From Octopus sinensis (taxonomy: Eukaryota): 64,000 nt of DNA. The translations under genes and the position numbers were made by a program. This document shows, in pieces, positions 41,099 through 55,850 of the stretch. Location: NCBI RefSeq assembly GCF_006345805.1, contig NC_043006.1, forward strand, positions 98,952,001 through 99,016,000, given 5' to 3'. A model generated the notes under the pieces. It was given only the letters and a program-made list of their open reading frames with translations. It made no database searches and was not told where the DNA came from. Numbering within the stretch: position 1 is the first letter of the stretch; each line of letters opens with the position of its first letter.

Positions 41099-44000
41099 GT
41101 AATAAATGTACAATAGAGGACAATATAATATTCGGAGAGATAGACGATACAAAAGCGGACAAGAAAAACAACAATGCGAGGGTCAGGAAAAGAATAGGAC
41201 GGGTCATTCATGGGCTTCTTTCTTTAGTCAAGTTACCAGATGTCCTTACATTTTCGAGTAGTTACACTTGAGACTGTTCGATCTGGTTACTCATCAAAAA
41301 GTCTAAGCTAAGAGAATTACATTTTTTGTAAGAAAGCTAGCGAATGTATTCGTCTCACACCAACTCTTCATACGTTTTTGACGTATTGACGTCCCCATAA
41401 CTTAGCAGTTCTGGAAAGACACCAACACAACAAGTACCAAACTTTAGAAGAGATTTAGTCCAATCATTTGACTAAAATTCTTGGAGGCAGTGCTCCAAGA
41501 GGCTGAATCAAATAAAGAGAGAAAACGAATTTACATAGGTACATACATACATACAAATACGCACTTACACACATACACTCACAAACAAACTGAGGCACAC
41601 GCACACACAAACATACACACACAGACACACGCATATAATTATATAATATCACGCGCCTGTCACTGTGTCTGTGCTTGTAATATTTAATTCGTGAATGAAG
41701 CAGAATTATGGGTTACTGAATGGTTAAATTGTCTGTTTAGTATTAAGGCTTTAAATAAATAATAAAAAAGCTTTACATGTTAATTATTTTCTTAGCAATA
41801 ACAATTCAATCATCGAACCCCTTCTCCAATTGCTGCTAACGAAATCAACGTGAAATTAATCACAAATCAACACATTGGCAAAGAGCATAATCAAGGATCT
41901 TGTTAAAAACTGTGTGAACTTAAATATTTTTGCTCAACATAATTTAGAGTATTTTCCCCATTTGGTAGCTATACCCGAATATGTTACAAAAGCGTTACAA
42001 TGACATGTCTATTGAATCAGACTTGAGTAAGAGAGTAAAAGGAAAAGGCTTCCTAGTAATTTTGTCATGATATTATGCCAAAACTTTTAACTAGTGTAAC
42101 TCCTAATGTACCGGCCTTTAGAAAAAAATTTGTCAATTTGACTAAAGTTCTTCAAAGCACTGCTTCCAGTATGGATGCAGTCTAAATGCTGAAGGCAAGC
42201 ACACAGACACACAGACACACACACACACACACACACATACAAACGTGTTGAAGAAACTAATAAAACAAACTACAGAATATATGCCCTTTAAACGTATAAA
42301 TTCCGCGTTTCATTTTCCAAATAACAATTGTTATTGGATAGCAGTATATGCCGAATATCCGACCTAATAATCTAATTATTTCTTTACACATCCTTAAATT
42401 CCCTTTTGGCATCTTTCGAAAAAGTTTTAATGCGAAAGAGATATTTCCTTATAAAGTATGAACTGTCCTGTCTCCTCTCCTAATATGTTGCCGCGTAGCT
42501 GTGTTTTAAATCACTACACTGAACTTATACGCTAAGTGCATCGAGAGATAATGCTGACACAATTAAGATTGGATCAGCAAATATATTGGATCAAAATTTA
42601 GTAAATTATATGATTCACTTATTACTTCTTTAACTAAATTATTATTTTTCTCGCCCACTTCAATTATAATGTATTTGTTTCATATCGGATATCGAAAAAT
42701 TTACTGAAGTATTTAACTAAAATGTGGAGGCTTTGTAAGTGTACACTTCGTTTTGCACTGATTACAAAAAGCACGAGTTAAATGACAGTTTTTAGAGGTT
42801 TTTTTTATTTCAGTGCAAGAATTGAGACCAGTTACACGATTATTATCTGCATGCTTTTCACCGGACGTAGAGTCCTGAAAAAGTGTTAAGTTTGCTGTTC
42901 CTCTTTCTCAGATAAGACGAAACCAAATTTTTAGAAACCAACATTGTGCATTGAAGCTGATATTTTTCAAGGAAAACGATAAATTCGTTGAATCGAGAAT
43001 AATATATTACTGATAAGTATTTAATCGATGCTGGTAGCAGTTTGTATACAAGATGTCAGCCACTTTATTCTGAAGTTATTTTTACTTAATCCAATTAAAA
43101 TATATTTTCGGAATAATTAAAATCTCGTATAGTATATTTTTGAGAGTGACTGAAATATGTGATCCATGCAATTTTTAAAAGCTTAAATAGGAGATAGATC
43201 AACCGGACATTGAAACTATGTAGTAGACAGCTATGATATTAGAGGTCATCACTGTAGCTATATTTACATAAATGAAATAATATATTTAAAAATCAATATT
43301 TGATATCGTAAAAAAGCTATGATTTTTATGAGATGACTACAAAGAATTTAGTTGTTTTCAATATATCATTAATTTTGCTTGCCTTATCATAGTTAAATTA
43401 AATTAAATTAACCTCCTCACTTAGGTGAGGGAATTAAGCAAAAATTAAAAATTAATACCACACACTAGTAAGTTCCCAAGCGACACGACGCTCGGACCGA
43501 AGAGCACTTCTGATCGCCGCCGGCTCCGAATGGTCCCGGCACCCGTTCTGAGCAGCCCCGATCGAAGAGACTTCGAACCTAGCCGGGCGAAACGATCGAC
43601 CGTGTACGAGCCTTGCGCCACACCTCTCGACGTTCGGCGCGGCTGACGAGATTCGGTGTTGGGCTTCTCCCGGTTCGCTCCCCATAACTTATGGAATCTC
43701 GGTTGGTTTCTTTTCTTCCGCTGAGCGATATAACACAAAATTAGTGGTATATATGGTGGTATAAATATGGGATGGAAATTTTATTAGAACCCTATCGTAT
43801 AGGATATTAAGCACGGAATAAATAACATATATTAGTCCTTAATTGCAGGTGGATAATATCTAGCATTTCGCAAAATTTTCCAGATTATTGGTTAGTTTAC
43901 AATCGACGAAAAAACTCTTAATGAACAAAAAACATTGGTTATTCTTGGTAAAACCCAAGTTGTAACATGAAATAATTAGATGCTACGAAATAATATGTCT

Positions 44001-44409
44001 TCCTCATTAATATGTTTACAACATCAAATTCAGATCTGAATAACATTTTTTATTGTAAAGGAAACGAAAATGTATCGTAGCTTCAACGATAGAAGGAAGC
44101 ATGACGGAGTTCATAGTTTTGTGTTCATGCTACAAAAGTTTGAATCAACAAAGTTACGAGGTAAAATATGAAAAAATATAAGTAAGATATGAAATTGGAC
44201 GAATTTCATGGTATCAATATCATGCAATGAAGTTTTTAAAAAAACACTTATGAGTGTCTGTTTCTCTAATTTGAGGGTGATAATACATTTTAATATATGT
44301 CACCGGTGTCATTAAGGTAAGGGAACATTATCAATGACACCGCTAACTGACACGTTTGACACATTATTAATTATCATAATAACATAGTCTGGGAAAGAAA
44401 CAGAGATTA

Positions 44410-45529
44410 CATGGAAAAATGCGAGCAAGAGAAATAATATTCTTAAGATAATAAACCTGGAAAATGACTGGACAAGTTATTGCACTTGGAAAAGTTCAGG
44501 ACAGCTTAGTACATCTAGTAGAGTAATGAACAAGAAAACTTTTGCTTAAAACATTGCAGCTAAGGATAAAATTTGAATATTAAAAATCATTTGATTTTAA
44601 TTTCCAAAGTAACATTATAATTTTAAAAAATGTACAGTCATTTTGTTAAAATATTTACCCACTAGTATACTCAGAAATACAAAATACAAAATGCAAAATA
44701 GAACAGTATATATGCTAGGTAAATTCATTATGCAAAAAATTGGCATTGAGTCAAAATTAGAAATGCGAAGACATGGAAATATCCTAGGCAACAACTCAAG
44801 CAAATTGTATGGTCAATTTGTTGTTATAAGCAGATTTTACTGTAATATATACCAATTTTTGCATTATTCTCTTTATTGTACTTACTATGTACTACTATTA
44901 TTTTTATAACATTATTTCTAATTTCTAATTATTAATTAATGATTTAAAAATGAATAATTTTTAAATGAAAAAAATCATTTTGAGTCATTTAAAAAATGTT
45001 TAATAGATGTAACAATTGTTTACATTATATATGTTTGCCCGTGGGCATATGGCATAATGGATAATAATAATATTAACGTCGAAAATACCTTAGGAATGAG
45101 AACCCACGTCCGAAATTTCCAAGATACGTGATGAAAGCTGGTGGGCATATCAGCCGAAACGTTGTGTTAACAATAAACAAAATGAGGACAAATATTTTCA
45201 AATGTAAATAATGTTAATAATGTACATAATTCCTCATCTCTTTAATATAGAACTGTAGAAGTAACAAGTAATAACAAATAGAAGTAATAAATTTTTATGA
45301 GATGACATCAAATTTTTTAGTATTAATAAAAGGTAATATTTTCTATATCTATAAAGTTATTTGAAATTTTATCCTTAGCTGCAATATTTTAAGTAAAACA
45401 TTTCCTGTTCTGTACTTTACCAGATGTTAATAAGCTGTCCTGAACTTTTCCAAGTGTAATAACTTGTCCTGTAATTTTCCAGGTTTATAATCTTGAGAAT
45501 ATTTTTTCTCTTGATCGCAATTTTCCATG
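44410..45529. repeat. Older inverted repeat pair (~170 bp arms 44410-44578 / 45359-45529)
   Basis: Arms align as reverse complements at roughly 85-90% by eye. Confidence 0.8.
45082..45256 (+). repeat. Solo PLE pLTR of the same family with decayed minimal HHR
   Basis: GATAC-GTGATGA-aaGCTG..CAGCc-GAAA-CG-TT-GTGTT (C3G, loop-less ACGT stem III); preceded by ataataataat. Confidence 0.75.
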
Positions 45530-45986
45530 CCATATGTGAGTGTGCGTGTGTATGTGTAAGAGTGTGTGTGCTCATGTGTACGCGTGTATATATATATATA
45601 TATATATATATACTCGTGCGCCCGCGTGTTTAAGCTTAAACAAAACATTATACGAAATCACATAGGAATATATTCATTTCTTTTATTAATAATATCTAAA
45701 TTTCAACGATGATATTCAGAAGCAGACATTGTATTTTGGATGAAAGATCTATTTAGGGTGCAGAGTGACGATTGCAATTGAGGTATGTTTAAGTTTCTGC
45801 TCCTCACCCTTTTACTACTCCAACTTGCAATGAATCCTGACGTAGGAATACTAACGTACGCTAGGGATTTTGCATATAGTTCAGCGTTTGCTGCATGTGT
45901 GGGATATGAGTCTACACTGTAAAAAACACACACCCTCTCGTATACACACATACAACCACAGTTTTACACATACATATACATATAAG

Positions 45987-46026
<40 letters not shown>

Positions 46027-46055
46027 GTGTGTGTGTGTGTGTATGTGTGTGTGTA

Positions 46056-46340
46056 GAGGCGCAATGACCCAGTGGTTAGGGCAGCAGACACGCGGTCGTA
46101 GGATCGCGGTTTCGATTCCCAGACCGGGCGTTGTGTGTGTTTATTGAGCGAAAACACCTGAAAGCTCCACGACGCTCCGGCAGGGGTCGTTGATCCCTGC
46201 TGTACTCTTTCTCCCACTCTTTCTTCTGTTGGCCTGATCGCTTAGCCAGCGGGGTGGCGTCGATTGAAGGCTAAAGCAATGCGAACGCATTGTGACCAGC
46301 GATGTGTAGCAACATCTGATGGTCTGGTCGGTCACGTGAT

Positions 46341-46348
<8 letters not shown>
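46056..46348 (+). mobile_element. tRNA-derived SINE family C
   Basis: Colinear with 22335-22648. Confidence 0.88.
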
Positions 46349-46403
<55 letters not shown>

Positions 46404-46503
46404 CCCATGAAGGGATACAAAAAATCCCAGAAACAGTTATAAGACCTATTTATAAATGTTATCAAATCTTCACAGCTTTGGTTTTTTATCTCATTCTGAA
46501 AAA

Positions 46504-46545
<42 letters not shown>

Positions 46546-46581
46546 CCTTTACATATATATATATATTATATATATATGTGT

Positions 46582-46624
<43 letters not shown>

Positions 46625-47703
46625 ATATATATATATCTTTACATATATTCACACAAACCTGCACATATTCCCACAGATATGTGTCTATGTGAATGTGTGT
46701 GCGTATCAACAGACGTGACCATTATTTCATTATAGCCTATAGACTCGTTCATTCACGTTGATCAAGTATTACGCTGCCTCTTTTTGTGAACGAAGCTGGA
46801 AGAGATATGTAAAAGATGTCTTCCAATACTGGCTGACTACAATTGGTGAAATGGTACCAATTTCGTTCCATACATTCTATTTATATCCACCATTTCTCAA
46901 AGATGACTGCATATAAATCACCGATTAGCAGTATATAACTCAATCATCACCGACATACTATTGTTAATCATCAGGTATTCCTGGAATGATGAAACTGAAA
47001 TAAACGCATTCAATTCTATTGAATAGCAGCCATAATGGTTTTCCTTTTTTTGCTTTAATACGAGAATGAAATATAAGTCACGGCAGTGAACATTGATTAA
47101 ATCACGTCTGCCACATTTGATGAATAATAACAAATATTATACCAGACATATTTTTGATTAGAGAATTAGTTTCGCCGAATGATATAGTTTGAACAGCTGA
47201 ATATGTGAACTACTTTCCATTCTGAGTGACTGAAAATTCTTTTATTTATATGTTTGTTTGTTTTTTCCTTTTGCTTTTCTTCACTTAGGTGTTAATGGCT
47301 GTTTAGAGACCCCTTACTCTCGTTTTTTATCCTACTGCCTGTGATATACTGGAGCAAGATGATAGAGGAGAAAAGGAATTGGGGAATCAATGTATGAAAT
47401 ATGGGCTGAAATATAATATCTAATTCTTTCATGAGATGTGCGTGTGCACTTGTGTTGCTTTCTATGTCCGTGCAAGTAGTGCTGTTACCTGTATTTTTGT
47501 ACGCAAGTATCTGAGTATATAAACATACAGAGCGTGAGATGAATACAAAACAAAAGAATTACAATAAAATTCCTGATGGAAACCCTGCTATAATCTGGTA
47601 CTATATTTTATTTATTGACACGTATTAAATTTGAAAATAACAATAATAATTCTGCAAACATAGCGTAGATGCTAGTGTCGGATTTACTGGTGATTCGGCA
47701 AAT

Positions 47704-47895
47704 AAGGTGGCGAGTAGAATGCTTAGCGGCATTTCATCCTTTTTTAAGTTCTGAGTTCAAATTCTACCGAGATTGATTTTTATTTTCATCATTTCAGGAT
47801 CGATGGAATAAAAACCAGTTGAGCACTGAGGTCCATGTAATCAACTTGCCACTTCCCCCAAAATTACATTCGTTGAGTCTATAATAGAAAGGATT
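47704..47895 (+). mobile_element. SINE family B (degraded)
   Basis: Same head, B box and core. Confidence 0.75.
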
Positions 47896-48894
47896 TTATA
47901 GTGGTAATCAAGTGAAGAGAAACAGGTTAAAATGCCCCGAGTGGTCAAATGAGAGTGTAATAAATTTCACAACGGTCTGGGCAGGTATGCTGTAAAACAG
48001 ATGACGGTGAAATTATAGTATATGTGTATATCAGTTACGTTTTTATTCCTTCAAATCCTATGAATTTATTTATTGAACACCAAAAAATAGTATTACTTCG
48101 CTTTTTAATGTTCGAAATGGTTTGAATGTATGAATACGTCAAACATAGATGTACACTCACATATATGTGAGCATGTTCATATGTATATATCAAAGCATGT
48201 ATGTATGCATTATTCAGTAGATAAGTTTACACTTAATCCGTTATTATTCACATTATCAACAAATAATGAGACGAATGAAACCAGGCATTTCTGCTCCCTT
48301 GTTATGTTGCCTTATTCTGAATTCTCTCCAATAAAAATATACAGATTTTGGGACCTGAATATTTAAGCAACGACAATTCAACTGACTGTGTGAAATTCTC
48401 TGGCATTTGTCTAAATATTGATTTTATCATAGCATATACAGTGATTGATCAACAATTTAATTGTGATATGGTAGGTTTGTAGCGCTAGAGGATCTCTGGA
48501 GCATCCATAATATTTGTATATTATCAATATGGCTGTTCTCAAAATATCAGATAGATATGATATATTACAATCAAATATTAACAGAGAAATTCCGTTCCCT
48601 TCCTACATTCTTTTATTATTTGTTTACGTTCTTAAAAAAAGAGAGGGCTGCAACAATTTCATTTGTATGCTTCATTATTTTGTATATGCACTTATGTAGC
48701 TTCATAAATTAGCCGTAATCATTCCTATCATGACATATTTAGTTACCATCTTTATGAAATCCCGTCACACACTTCATGCATAAATAACTTTAAGTGTCGA
48801 GAAGCGTATTTACCTTCCATTTCTAGCGTTATTCTTGCTATATGAGATGAACTATTCTCGAAGTGAAATTATAGCACCTTTAAGACAATATACT

Positions 48895-49088
48895 CTTTTC
48901 TACTGTAGGTACAAGGCCCGAAAGTTTTAGGAAGGGGGTCAGTCGATTAGATCGACCTTAGTTTGGAACTAGTACTTAATTAATTAAAGGATGAAAGGCA
49001 AAGTCGACGTAAGCGGAATTTGAACTCAGAACGAAAAACCGGTAAGCATTTCGCCCGGGGCGCTAAAGTTTCTGCCAGCTGGCGGCCT
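48895..49088 (-). mobile_element. SINE family B
   Basis: Reverse-complement head and core. Confidence 0.8.
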
Positions 49089-50247
49089 TGTTAAGACAAT
49101 ATAATGAAAATACTAATAATGAAAATACTTTGTTTCTGACAAGATAATATGGCGATGAGTTTAAGTGAAAAATTGGCGAAGAATGCCGTACTTCTTTCCT
49201 AATAGAGCACCGTGTGGGTTTTATGGATGTTAATATCATATATGCACGCATTTATCTGCAGTAATATGTGTAATATCAGAGATTATATTGCAGCTGAACT
49301 ATGCATCAGTCCCCGTAGCGAATGTATCTTTCAATTTTACTAGGTAATTTTTACACACTGTCAAAGAAACTATATGATAAATATGGTTAGTATGTTTCTT
49401 TATTTGATAACTATCTTCAAAGGGGCACCTTTTCCCTGTTGCTTGTCCCCTTCCTGTATATATGTGATAGAGACTTACTGTCACTTTGAAAAGACTTTTT
49501 GTATTTACTCATACAGATGAGTTCAAATACGAGAAATGAATAGAGTGTTTAAATGTATGAAATTGAAATGACTCGCACCTCTACTTATACTCAGCTCACC
49601 TACAGAAACAACCATTGCCACATCTATGGTTTGAGTTGTCGTTGTCCAGGTCCAAATGCTGTTGTATCGGTGAGGGTTTTCAAACAGCATGTCATTGAGA
49701 TCAACTTGATAGTCACTTTGATAGATAGTTGTTAGTATTTGTTTTCTTTCTTGGGTCAATCGTTAGCTCGCCGTTGTGAAATACATATTTTGAACATTAT
49801 AATTCTATCCACAACATTCGTCCTTAAATGTTAATAAAGCTTATTTCTTTTAAATACTATGAAAGAGACAGCGAGAGAGGGAGAGAGTGAATGACAGAAA
49901 GACAGATGGATGACGAAGAAAAGCCCACAATACTGAACCTCTCCGTCCTAGATATCAACCCCGAAAGTTACGTTAATCAAACTTGACAGCAATGTGATCA
50001 GGAAAGAATACCGGATGTCATTTCATTTCACTCTCTAATATTTCTCTCATCATGATTCTATAGAATTAAAAAGTAGACGATGTGCCTCTTTTACTCACAC
50101 ATTCCACTTTTGTAGTTGACATTTTTAGATCGTTGAATGTTCCTCCATTTCGAATATAACTACACAGTTTTGTATGAAATCTGCGGCAATGTCTTTTATT
50201 TTAATCCCATATATATATTATATTTAATGTGATACTGCGAAGCGATT

Positions 50248-50455
50248 GAGGCGGTAAGCTGGCAAACTTGTTGGCAAAACGATTAGCGGCGTTTCGTCTA
50301 CTTTACGCTCTGAGTCTAAAAGTCCGTAGGTGTCGAATTTTCTTTTCATCATTACAGGGCCGATAAATTAAGTACTAGTTGCGATTTGGGGGCGATATAA
50401 TTGACTCATCCCTCCCACGAAATTGCTGGCGTTATGCCAAAATTTGAAACAGTTA
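50248..50455 (+). mobile_element. SINE family B (degraded)
   Basis: ggcggtaagctggcaaac head; aaattaagtactagtt core. Confidence 0.75.
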
Positions 50456-51639
50456 TTAAGACGTGAGTGAAAAGTAATCATTGATCTTTTCAATATTTAT
50501 TGTTATTTTGTTGAGTCTTTTTGTTTTTATTTTTGAGCTTTTACTTTGCGGTACCAGCTTGAAAATCATTAGTATGTACGTTCGTCATAGAGCAACATTA
50601 GTTGAGCCCTTCTGTTCGTTGTTATTTCTTTTCAATCAGTGATTAATTATTGCCCATTTCTGTGCAAATGTCCTCCAACTCGGGAAGATATTCTTATGAA
50701 CACTATATCCTTTTACAATTCTTATTGTAAGCAGTACATTTGTACCCGCGAAATATTTTTGTATATTAGCCTCAGTTCTGTGAACATATTTCCTCAATAT
50801 GGGATTACTGAAAATATGTCCAAGTATATTTTAACTATAGCATATGAATAAGAAACATTTTACAATTTTATCATAGGAAGATGTATATTGTAGATTTGAA
50901 ATTTATTGTCCTCTTGGGGCATCTTTTACACTCATTTCTCTGAGATTGCTTTGCAATTACCCATGCTTGGAGCAAGGAGACGGTCCTTTTAAATTGATGA
51001 GCAAGTTTGTCGGTGTTGTTTTCATCGTAAACTGCATAAAAAATATAAACTTATAAGTTTCGATGTAACTTATTAAGTTAAATGTAAACGAAATCTCAGG
51101 AAATATGAAAGAAAAATAGCGAAAAAGTAAAACATTAGCGCTCTACAACGACGGATTCTGGAGAAATGTAAAAGAAGACAAGTTTATTATAGATAAAAAC
51201 GTTGGGTGCTAATATTTGTTGAAATTTCTAGTGAAACTGTTATGAAGCAATAGAAATCACAAAAACTTATCATCATGTAAACATTTCCCATTAATTAAGC
51301 AGTATTGTTACTAATATATGCGTCAAGACACTTTCGAATTTTTTCTTTTCATATAAGACAAAATTGACTACATATATTGATTTAACATCTACACAGAGTT
51401 GTCAATATATCCATTTCGTGCATTTTGGGGTATAAAAAAAGTATTTCATCAAAAATAATGATATATTTTGGAATTGCAGAAAGAGATATGAACGCAGAAG
51501 CCTTCATTTTGGTATTCATTAAAAAGAAGTAGTAATGAAAAACCGGTATTGATGTTGTTGATAATATTACTATCACTGTTGATGTTCTTGTTGGTCATGC
51601 TAAGTTTGTGTGACAACATTTGAAACCAGTATGATAACA

Positions 51640-51669
51640 ACAACAACAACAACAACAGCAATAATGATG

Positions 51670-51746
<77 letters not shown>

Positions 51747-51781
51747 TGTTATAATTATTATTATTGTTGTTATTATTGTTA

Positions 51782-51827
<46 letters not shown>

Positions 51828-51856
51828 CATTATTATTATTATTATTATTACTATTA
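51640..51856. repeat. (CAA)n(AAT)n(ATT)n compound microsatellite
   Basis: Direct inspection; the AAT-to-ATT switch is near 51712. Confidence 0.95.
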
Positions 51857-51858
51857 TA

Positions 51859-52093
51859 TGAGGCGGTGAGCTGGCACAGGAAATGCTTAGCGGTATTTCG
51901 CCTGACGCTACGTTCTGGGTTCAAATTCCGCCGAGGTCTACTTTGCCTTTCATCTTATCGAGCTCGATAAAATAAATGCAATTCAAGTACTAGAGTCGAA
52001 ATAGTCGACTAGAACCCTCCTGTAAAATTTCAGCCTTCATGACAAAGCTAGAAAAGAGGTGTTGTTGATGTTGTTGTTGTTGTTGTTGTTCTT

Positions 52094-52126
<33 letters not shown>

Positions 52127-52340
52127 GTTCTTGTCAAGGCAGAATCGTTAGAACGTCGGGCGAAGTACTTAGCAGTATTTCGTCTGCCGTTACGTTCTGA
52201 GTTCAAATTCCGCCGAGGTCGACTTTGCCTTACATCCTTTCGGGGTCGATAAATTAAGTACCAGTTGCGTACTGGGGTCGATATAATTGACTAGCTCCCT
52301 CCTACAAAATTTCAGGCCTTCTGCCTATAGTAGAAAGGAA
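51859..52340 (+). mobile_element. Two adjacent SINE family B copies (51859-52058, 52135-52340) separated by (GTT)n(CTT)n
   Basis: Each copy has gttcaaattccgccgaggtc.actttgcctt.catc. Confidence 0.85.
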
Positions 52341-52362
52341 TATTACTCTTGCTGTTGTCTTT

Positions 52363-52590
<228 letters not shown>

Positions 52591-52947
52591 GGTACACACC
52601 CAAAGGATTAAAATGTCTGCTTTCAAGAAATGTAACACAGTGAACGTTTCTTCAGAGAACCATTTAGAAATATTCGTGGATATATGTTCGATCGGGTGAT
52701 ACAGAGAGAAACCATTCAAGAACGCATCTGAATTTTAAGTATAACAATTTTTGCTTTATAGTCAATCTAAAATATGGTCAGTATTCGATAGTTATAGCAT
52801 CCATGATATCATCCTACAGCGAATATAACAGAAAAATAGAATAAATAGAATAATATTCATGCAGTAAATTATAAACAAATACATGGAGAAAAATATTTTA
52901 TTTGCAGAAAATTATCACAACTGATGGAAGTAGAACTATGTAGGGAA

Positions 52948-53340
52948 AAGGCGGCGAGCTGGCAGAAACGTTAGCACGTCGGGCGAAATGCTTAGAGGTA
53001 TTTTGTCTGCGTTTACGTTCTGAGTTCAAATTCTGCCGAGGTCGACTTTGCCTTTCATCCTTACGCACTGGGATCGATATAATCGACTTAATCCATTTTT
53101 CTGTGCTTGTTTGTCCTCTCTGTGTTTAGCCCCTTGCAGGTAGTAAAGAAATAGGCATTTCGTCCGCCGATACGTTCTGAGTTCAAATTACGCAGAGGTC
53201 GACTTTGCCTTTCATCCTTTCGGGGTCGATTAAATAAGTATCAGTTACGCACTGGGGTCGATATAATCGACTTAATCCATTTGTCTGTGCTTGTTTGTCC
53301 TCTCTGTGTTTAACCCCTTGTAGGTAGTAAAGAAATAGGA
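52948..53340 (+). mobile_element. SINE family B with internal tandem duplication of core and tail
   Basis: tacgttctgagttcaaatt...gtagtaaagaaatagg occurs twice in tandem. Confidence 0.85.
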
Positions 53341-53998
53341 AGAAGTATGTAGTGAATGCATTCGCCTTGCACCTTCGTCGTTTCACGTTCAGTCCCATTG
53401 CAATGCTGAATCCAATTTACGTTAGTCTGAAAGGAAGCTAAGAATATTTATTAAATGAAAGTAAAACAGCAAAGTTTAATGTAAAGGGTATATGACAGCG
53501 ACTAAATAAATAATAAAAATTTATAGAATAATTCTATAACATTAGCTCTTTGACACAAATATCCACACTATTATTGCTTGCCTACTTTAGCAAAGATTTT
53601 CTATACATATGCAATCAAGTCGGACGTTATATCCATTTGCAGATAGGCTGATAATTTAACGGCAAAACTGTTAAGATGCGTTCTATGAATATTCCACACA
53701 CATTATACGTAAATGATCTGGATACAATTATTTACGATATGCCTTTCGACATCAACATTAAGCTTAACTGCTCTGATATAATTACCTCAGAGTGGATATA
53801 GTTGCTGGGAAATTTGATATTGATTTGATCCAAAATATTATCCGAACAGAGAATGGACTGAATATGGAAATATGTAATACGGCTTCTCTGAAAGTAAAGC
53901 ATTAACAACTGCTAATGCAATTCTATGTATGTTGACGGAGAAGAAGAAAAATATCCGAAGCAATTCGTAAGGTTATTCTAAGAATCCTAGGAAGTATA

Positions 53999-54406
53999 GG
54001 CGCAGGAATGGCTGTGCAGTAAGTAGCTTGCTTACCAACCATATGGTTCCGGGTTCATTTCCACTGCGTGTCACCTTCCGCAAGTGTCTTTTACTATAGA
54101 CTCAAGCCGACCAAAGCCTTGTGAGTGGATTTGGTAAACGGAAACTGAAAGAAGCCCGTCGTATATATGTATATGTATATATATATATGTGTGTGTGTGT
54201 CTGTGTCTGTGTTTGTCCCCCAACATCGCTTGACAACCGATGCTGGTGTGTTTACGTCCCCGTTACTAAGCGGTTCGGCAAAAGAGACTGATTGAATAAG
54301 TACTAGGCTTACAAAGAATAAGTCCTGGGGTCGATTTGCTCGACTAAAGGTGGTGCTCCAGCATGGCCGCAGTCATATGACTGAACCAATTAAAAGAGTA
54401 AAAGAG
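53999..54406 (+). mobile_element. tRNA-derived SINE family A
   Basis: Colinear with 5351-5746. Confidence 0.9.
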
Positions 54407-54859
54407 TATATCACAGAACATGAAGAAAAAGCCTCGAATTCAATTGCGCATCTTACGCAGTATACTTTTGTTCACTTCACGCAACACACGCGCTGAACTT
54501 TCGTGATCCAATGAAACAATCCAACACTTAGTCCGAAGAATCACTGTTCAATACCATAAGACACCTATATAACTTATCCACTACATAAACACGCTGTAAA
54601 TGATGATGCAATACCTGCTTCTATAAAATCGTCAGAAGGCACAGTGTGGTAACCACACGCTTCAGAGAACACTTCACTTAAATCTACCATCATTTACACT
54701 CAATCATATAACGAAGTTCATCAAAGTGTATAGTCCGTTTGTTTACCTTTTCAAAGAAATAGCACATTACATCCATGTGACGAAACACACTGAATTCAAT
54801 TACTACACAATAACACATCCTATATAGTATTCAATATATGGGTTTCAACTTTTTGCAAA

Positions 54860-55045
54860 AGGCCAGCAGTTTTGGAGGAGAGGGATTGTCAATTACGGTG
54901 ACCCCATTCCTCAACTGTACTTGTTTTATCGACTCCGAAAGCATGAAAGGAAAAGTCAACCATGGCGGAATTTGAATTCAGCGCTTAAAGACGGATGAAA
55001 TACGTTAAACATTTTGCCCTTCGTGCTAACGATTCTATCAGGTTC
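54860..55045 (-). mobile_element. SINE family B (degraded)
   Basis: Reverse-complement core gaaagcatgaaaggaaaagtcaac..ggcggaatttgaa. Confidence 0.75.
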
Positions 55046-55729
55046 TTGGCTTTTGCAACATTATAAGTACTAAAATATTAAAACAAACAACAAACGAATA
55101 TTTAAAACTCAATCATATTCCAACATATTCGATATTGCAATGACGTAAAAATAAGCATTCTTGCACATGTTGCACATAAACGGATTTATATTTTATATTT
55201 ACAATACAACACTGCATTTGAATGTTGAAAGCTTGATAATGATATTGAAAATAATTATTTGATTTATTGCTACAAGGACGACGAATGGGCAGCATTAAAA
55301 TGGTAATTACAACTGATAATAGACTTCCTGTGAAAGCCATCATCTAATGAATGTCACGAAGACACTAGCCGTATTAAAAAAAAATATTGATTTTAGTTGG
55401 AGAGGATTTCTGAAAACGTCACATGAAAAGTGAATGTATGCCGCAAAAGTAATGGTCGTCCGAAGAGTAGCTGTAGAAAAAGAAAATAGGTTCACCATCA
55501 TTGATCATTTTGTCAATTAACAATTGTTTGCCGACGAAGAAAAGAATATCAAAATGTATAAGGTGGATGAGTGCATAAGGCACGGTTAGATTTTGGAGAG
55601 AAGCGTTTTAATAGCGTTTGTGCATAATGTAATCTAAATGTAATTGTACGTACGTCAGCAGTGAATATAACGAGAAGAGAACCAATATTAAGAACCAGGG
55701 AAACTGAATGTTGTAAATAAACCAAAGAT

Positions 55730-55730
55730 C

Positions 55731-55774
<44 letters not shown>

Positions 55775-55790
55775 CGACGACGACGACGAC

Positions 55791-55831
<41 letters not shown>

Positions 55832-55850
55832 GAATGACGACAAAAATAAT
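55730..55850. repeat. (GAT)n(GAC)n(GGC)n compound microsatellite
   Basis: Direct inspection. Confidence 0.95.

Noticed and set aside
41150-41330. Minus-strand TTGATGA...CTC-GAAA near a TA tract
   Set aside because: No convincing stem I, stem III or NUH site; probably a decayed repeat fragment.
43535-43610. HHR-like string CTGAGCA-GCCC...GGGC-GAAA-CGATCG-AC in the GC island
   Set aside because: G8 and U16.1 are not conserved and no stem I pairing exists; likely chance in GC-rich DNA.
51660-51790. (AAT)n(ATT)n self-complementary tract
   Set aside because: It can form a hairpin but is simply two abutting microsatellite orientations, with no unique sequence or further structure.
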